Source: a virus (Duplodnaviria; Caudoviricetes). From it: 64,000 nucleotides of DNA. Under the pieces are notes generated by a model that had not been told where the DNA came from, ran no database searches, and saw only the letters and a list, made by a program, of their open reading frames with translations. The position numbers were made by a program, and so were the translations under genes. The stretch covers positions 1 to 64,000 of the IMG/VR virus record IMGVR_UViG_3300033067_001119; one strand, given 5' to 3'. Within the stretch, counting starts at the first letter, position 1, and each line of letters begins with the position of its first letter. Below, one piece after another: positions 59,931 to 64,000 of this stretch.

Positions 59931-60620
59931 CTATCCCCCTAGATTAAATGTCTTCCAAGTCTGAGGCCCGCATACTCCATCAACCACTATGTGATGCGTG
60001 AGTTGATAGCCCTTCAGCGCCGTCTCCGTCATGATCCCAAAATCACCGTCGACGCTCTTGCCAGTAAAGCCTAGCCTTATCTGCAGCAGCCTCACGGTGT
60101 CTCCGTGGTCTCCCTTCCGGATCGTTGGCGGCATCGTCGCCAGCGGCTGCGGCAGGTGCGGAGGGTAGTCCGTCTCGGCCGCAGGCGCAGGCTTGGAGGA
60201 GCCGTCGAACTTCCACAGCCTCTCGTTGTCGTAGTGAGACTTATCTGATTTCACGGAAATATGACAGTGGTGATCGTGCGGATTCACTCCGGCGTACCTG
60301 CGCCATGCCCACGGGCTCGGGCCCTCGTTGCCGGACGCGATACGGTGGTTGGAGATGATGTACTTGATGCGGTCATCACGGCTGTCGAGCAATGCCTGCG
60401 CGAGCTTGTAGCTGTCGCAGCCGCTCGCCGGATCGTGGGTAATGTCCTCTGCAGTGACGACGCCGATTGCGCCGTCCTTCACCCACGGATTATGGTCGGA
60501 GCTGCGGGATGCGTGCGCGGCATCACCGATGGTGCCGTCGTTTTCCTTGCGGCGGTTGGGCCATTCGGCGTTCACCTGCTCCCGCAAAATCAAGAGGCTC
60601 TTTGCAACACGCCAAGACAT
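59931..60620 (-). CDS. Endolysin: zinc peptidase (M15-like) + peptidoglycan-binding domain
   Basis: DGTIGDAAH, SDHNP, NPHDHHCHIS; IRKGDHG...VDGDFG...VDGVCGPQTW. Confidence 0.85.
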   Translation of the reverse strand: MSWRVAKSLLILREQVNAEWPNRRKENDGTIGDAAHASRSSDHNPWVKDGAIGVVTAEDITHDPASGCDSYKLAQALLDSRDDRIKYIISNHRIASGNEGPSPWAWRRYAGVNPHDHHCHISVKSDKSHYDNERLWKFDGSSKPAPAAETDYPPHLPQPLATMPPTIRKGDHGDTVRLLQIRLGFTGKSVDGDFGIMTETALKGYQLTHHIVVDGVCGPQTWKTFNLGG

Positions 60621-60670
60621 TTGCCTGCTCCATCATCCTCGCAGCCGTCTGGCTGCTGGTGCCCTATCCC

Positions 60671-63600
60671 CTAGGGACGCTGCTGTTCCTCGTCGGCGCG
60701 TGTTGGGCTGGGGCCCTGAAGTCGTCGCACCGTATTCCCAAGGATCGACTGGTTGCGCATCAGGTACGACGGGAGGGGAGCCTTTGGCGGCAGTAGCCGC
60801 GGGGCCTCGTCCTCCAGATTATCCAGAGACCGGCCGACCTTCTTTGCGTTGCGCATTTCGGTGAAGCGTTCGCCGCCCTTCTCCAGAAGATGCTTGACGC
60901 CGATGCCAGCAAAGCCACCTTCGGCACCGCCGGTAAGGATTGAACCGATGCTGGCCATGATGGCGGCGCCGTACTTGCGCAGTGCCCCCATAATCGCTGG
61001 CGTCGTGTCCGAGTTTGTGCGGGCGTATTTCGGGATGATGGTGAGGCGTAGCGCCTTTGCGTAGCGGTCCATCATGGCGCGCTGCTCTTCCGTGTAGAGA
61101 GCCTTGGCGACCGACGCGCCCTTGCCATGCAGCAGCTCGCTGATGTTGTTGACGACGGCCTGCTGCCCCTTCCCCGAGCGGCCCTCGGTATTTGCAATCG
61201 TCTTCTGCCAGACACCCTGACGAACCGCAGCCATCGCTGGGCTGCCAGAGCCTGTCACGCGCTCGATGGCTGTAATCATGCGCGCCACGTTGCCCGGATT
61301 ACCGCCACCGATGGCATTGAAAACGACGCTGGAGACTTCCTCCGGAGTAGCGGTGCCTTCGACAATGCGACGGAAGGTCGCCTGCTGGCCACCGCCGATG
61401 CCCTGCCCGCCAAACGCGCTGTCAAACATCTGTTGGGCCTGCTCGGCATCGCGCGTCGCCGGGTGAGACGCAATCGACCTCTCCAGATCGCGGATGCCCT
61501 GCGCGTGAGAGCGCATCGCGGCCCGCTCCTGTGGAGTAAACATGCGCTGCGCCAGCGAGGAGCCAACGAAATCCAAGATGCCCTGAGCCGACTTTGCCGG
61601 GTCAATCTCTCCGGCGGAGTTCCGCGCCTGAGATGCCTTCTGCCACATCGCCTGCCGGATGGCGCTCCAGCCATCCGAATCAGCACCCAGCACCTGCTCC
61701 AGCCGGTCGGCAAGACGTACCGGGGTGCCGGAGTTGCCGATCTTGCCGGTGCCGATGATCATGTTGGCGATTTCTTCCGGCGTTGCGTTGCGCTCGGTGA
61801 TGCGCCGCATGGCGGTGCCCACGTCGTCCCCAGCGCCCCGTGGGGTGAAGGTCTGACGATAGCGCGCATAGGATGCCCTCGCCTCCTGCAACGCAGCCAG
61901 TGCCCTTGGATCGCCCGAGAAAAGGCCCTCTGTGATGGCTCGCTCGATCTGGGCGTCGAAGGCATCCATGATGCCCTGCATGGCGCGGGCGTCGGTCGCT
62001 CCGTTGGGTCCCGAGGCGCGGGCAGCCTGATAGTAAGCCACCAGCTTCTTGCGCATCTGGTCGACACCCTTGAGACTCACAGCGGTGACTTCGGCCGGGT
62101 CCGGAGCTGCGCGCGGATCGGCGCGGTTCTGGATGCGCGGAGCCGACATCTGGTCGAGGTCGCGGATTGCTCGCGATGCCACCGGCGTCAGCTGGTCGTC
62201 GATGATGATCGGATTTTCGCGCAGCGTCAGATCGTTCTGGACGCGGTTTCCCATACCGCGCACGGCATCGACCCTGAACTCGCCGGGGAGGCGACCGAAC
62301 TCATCGTAGCGGGAGCGAAATTCTCCGCGGTTTGCTGCGGCTGCATCTCGCACGTTCTGGCCGACGACCTCGCCCATCTCGCGCGGGTTCTCGATAGGCT
62401 GAGCCGGGCCACGCACCGCCTCATTGATGGCGCGACCTTGGTCTGCGACCATCCCGCGCTGAGCTTCGGCTTCAGTATTGGAGCGATGCAAAACACGATC
62501 TACGATGGTCTTCGCCTGCTGAAGACGATCACCCATCTCCCCCGTGATGGCAGAGGCAGCCTCGTTGGGATCGCTGACAGGGTGCGCTCCGCCCAAGCCG
62601 GTGCCAATCTCTCGCCCGGCTTCCTGAGTCCTTCCGTACTGGTCATCGAAGAACGTGGCCGCCTTGTCCTGCGCTGGCTTGCCATACGCGCCGCGCGCCG
62701 ACAGGTCTTCGTACCGGATCGCATCCAAATCCTGCGTGGCCTGCCCCTTGGACAGTGGAATTTTGAACTCAGCCGCCACATCCTTGTTGGCAGCTACTTC
62801 CGGCGGAATAGGCGGCCGGACAGGCAGCGCACGAGGCACCGCAAACAGGCCGCCTCCGGGCGCGCCGGGCGTCATGAATTGAACCGCCCGCATCGCATCC
62901 GGACCGCCACGTCCGAGGGCGGCATCGTATTCTTTCTGGCTCCCCGCCTCGCGGGCAGCTACGGCATCATGCGAGCTGTCAACAGCGCCCTTGATGCCCT
63001 GCCACGCCTCTTTCGCCATCCATAGCGGGCCGCCCGGCGTTGCCTTCTCCCACATGTTTGAGATGCGGTCGCTCCACGTCTTCTTCGGAGCCTCGGCAGG
63101 AGCATCATCCCATTTCACGCCACCAGCATCGGCGGCGTCATCATCCCACTTCACCCGGCCGCCCTCGGCGCGGTTCTTCACCGGCACCGTGGTGTCTTCC
63201 TCGCGCAGCCAGCGCTTGAACTGAGGGATGTCCATCTCGGTCATGTGCCCAATGCGGTCACGGCCACGACCATCAGAGAAAGCTGCGTGGTAGGCTGCCT
63301 CGGCCTGCGCCTTGCTGCCAAATCCGAGGAAGCACTTGTGCTCGTCGAAGCCGCCGGTGTGAAGATCGTTCTGGTCGATCACGAAGACCTTCGGGCTCTT
63401 CAGGTGAGGCCCGAGATAGACGTCGACGTGCGCACCATCTCCGCCGGTCGTGTTGCGGATGTAGCCGTAGTGGTGCGGGAGCCGGGATTTCCACGCCTTG
63501 CCGGTGCGCGCATCCTTGCCGCTACGATACGAGCCACGCGGGTTCTCGATGGAGATGTCGAGCCCGTGAACCCTGATGTGGCCCTTCCTGTAGTTGCCCG

Positions 63601-63673
63601 CGCGCTTCTGTCCGTCGCTCGGGTTGCGATTGACGGCACTGGCCTGCTCGGCGATTTGAGCGGAGAGGCTCAC
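60671..63673 (-). CDS. Polyvalent/internal virion protein with N-terminal InPase-like domain
   Basis: GNYRKGH...ISIENPRGS...HYGYI...DGAHVDVY...IDQ...FDEHK; long helical remainder. Confidence 0.8.
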   Translation of the reverse strand: MSLSAQIAEQASAVNRNPSDGQKRAGNYRKGHIRVHGLDISIENPRGSYRSGKDARTGKAWKSRLPHHYGYIRNTTGGDGAHVDVYLGPHLKSPKVFVIDQNDLHTGGFDEHKCFLGFGSKAQAEAAYHAAFSDGRGRDRIGHMTEMDIPQFKRWLREEDTTVPVKNRAEGGRVKWDDDAADAGGVKWDDAPAEAPKKTWSDRISNMWEKATPGGPLWMAKEAWQGIKGAVDSSHDAVAAREAGSQKEYDAALGRGGPDAMRAVQFMTPGAPGGGLFAVPRALPVRPPIPPEVAANKDVAAEFKIPLSKGQATQDLDAIRYEDLSARGAYGKPAQDKAATFFDDQYGRTQEAGREIGTGLGGAHPVSDPNEAASAITGEMGDRLQQAKTIVDRVLHRSNTEAEAQRGMVADQGRAINEAVRGPAQPIENPREMGEVVGQNVRDAAAANRGEFRSRYDEFGRLPGEFRVDAVRGMGNRVQNDLTLRENPIIIDDQLTPVASRAIRDLDQMSAPRIQNRADPRAAPDPAEVTAVSLKGVDQMRKKLVAYYQAARASGPNGATDARAMQGIMDAFDAQIERAITEGLFSGDPRALAALQEARASYARYRQTFTPRGAGDDVGTAMRRITERNATPEEIANMIIGTGKIGNSGTPVRLADRLEQVLGADSDGWSAIRQAMWQKASQARNSAGEIDPAKSAQGILDFVGSSLAQRMFTPQERAAMRSHAQGIRDLERSIASHPATRDAEQAQQMFDSAFGGQGIGGGQQATFRRIVEGTATPEEVSSVVFNAIGGGNPGNVARMITAIERVTGSGSPAMAAVRQGVWQKTIANTEGRSGKGQQAVVNNISELLHGKGASVAKALYTEEQRAMMDRYAKALRLTIIPKYARTNSDTTPAIMGALRKYGAAIMASIGSILTGGAEGGFAGIGVKHLLEKGGERFTEMRNAKKVGRSLDNLEDEAPRLLPPKAPLPSYLMRNQSILGNTVRRLQGPSPTRADEEQQRP

Positions 63674-64000
63674 TGCACTTCCTTCCCGTCGTCCTGATAG
63701 ACCACCTTGCCGCCCCTCACGATGACCTTGCGTCCGTTCATGGTGCCAGTGCGGCCCTCTTGCAAACCTCCAGCCTGCGCGGCTCCACCTGCTGGGGCCC
63801 CCGCGCTGCCATGACCCTGCTCGACAGACTTCGGTCCGTAATGCTGGCGATAGTATTCCTGCATGCGTGCAGGCGATCCCTTCGCCATCTCGATTTCATT
63901 GAGCATCGTGTCGAGTACGCGGTTAAACGTGCGCGGATCGCCCGCCGTGTTGAGCAGCTCCGACGCATGGTGACGCGACGAGTCCGTGGTGATGTTTGCG
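63670..64000 (-). CDS. C-terminus of an internal virion/ejection protein (partial)
   Basis: Frame open to the window edge; GTGA overlap with the next gene. Confidence 0.6.
   Translation of the reverse strand, partial: ANITTDSSRHHASELLNTAGDPRTFNRVLDTMLNEIEMAKGSPARMQEYYRQHYGPKSVEQGHGSAGAPAGGAAQAGGLQEGRTGTMNGRKVIVRGGKVVYQDDGKEVQ

Overview
Most of a GC-rich, podovirus-like tailed phage genome, with no CRISPR array, integrase, CI repressor, DNA polymerase or reverse transcriptase in the window. Minus strand from 46.1 kb down to 1: Cro-like HTH, replication genes (DUF1376-type initiator, SF4 helicase), many small accessory genes, ParB, TerS, an intein-containing TerL, a P22-type portal, a glycosyl/methyl-transferase cluster, GroES, scaffold, Mu gpT-like major capsid protein, adaptors, tailspike and tail-collar protein. 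Plus strand 46.2-53.5 kb: early recombination operon (ERF, YqaJ exonuclease). Minus strand from 64 kb down to 53.5 kb: internal virion/polyvalent protein, lysis cassette and a ~4.4 kb array of 37 anticodon-bearing tRNA genes that covers all 20 amino acids. Gene order suggests the two window ends join through a few missing tail/ejection genes. The host is probably an alphaproteobacterium (tRNA-His G1:U72/A73, CtrA-like and GapR-like domains). The most striking signal is the tRNA array. About half of the tRNAs have co-varying non-canonical D/T-loop elbows. It also holds 8/4 tRNAs, D-armless tRNAs, short-variable-arm Leu tRNAs, C33 anticodon loops and a circularly permuted, anticodon-less tRNA-like RNA. 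All calls were read by eye from sequence and motif memory; no searches were run.
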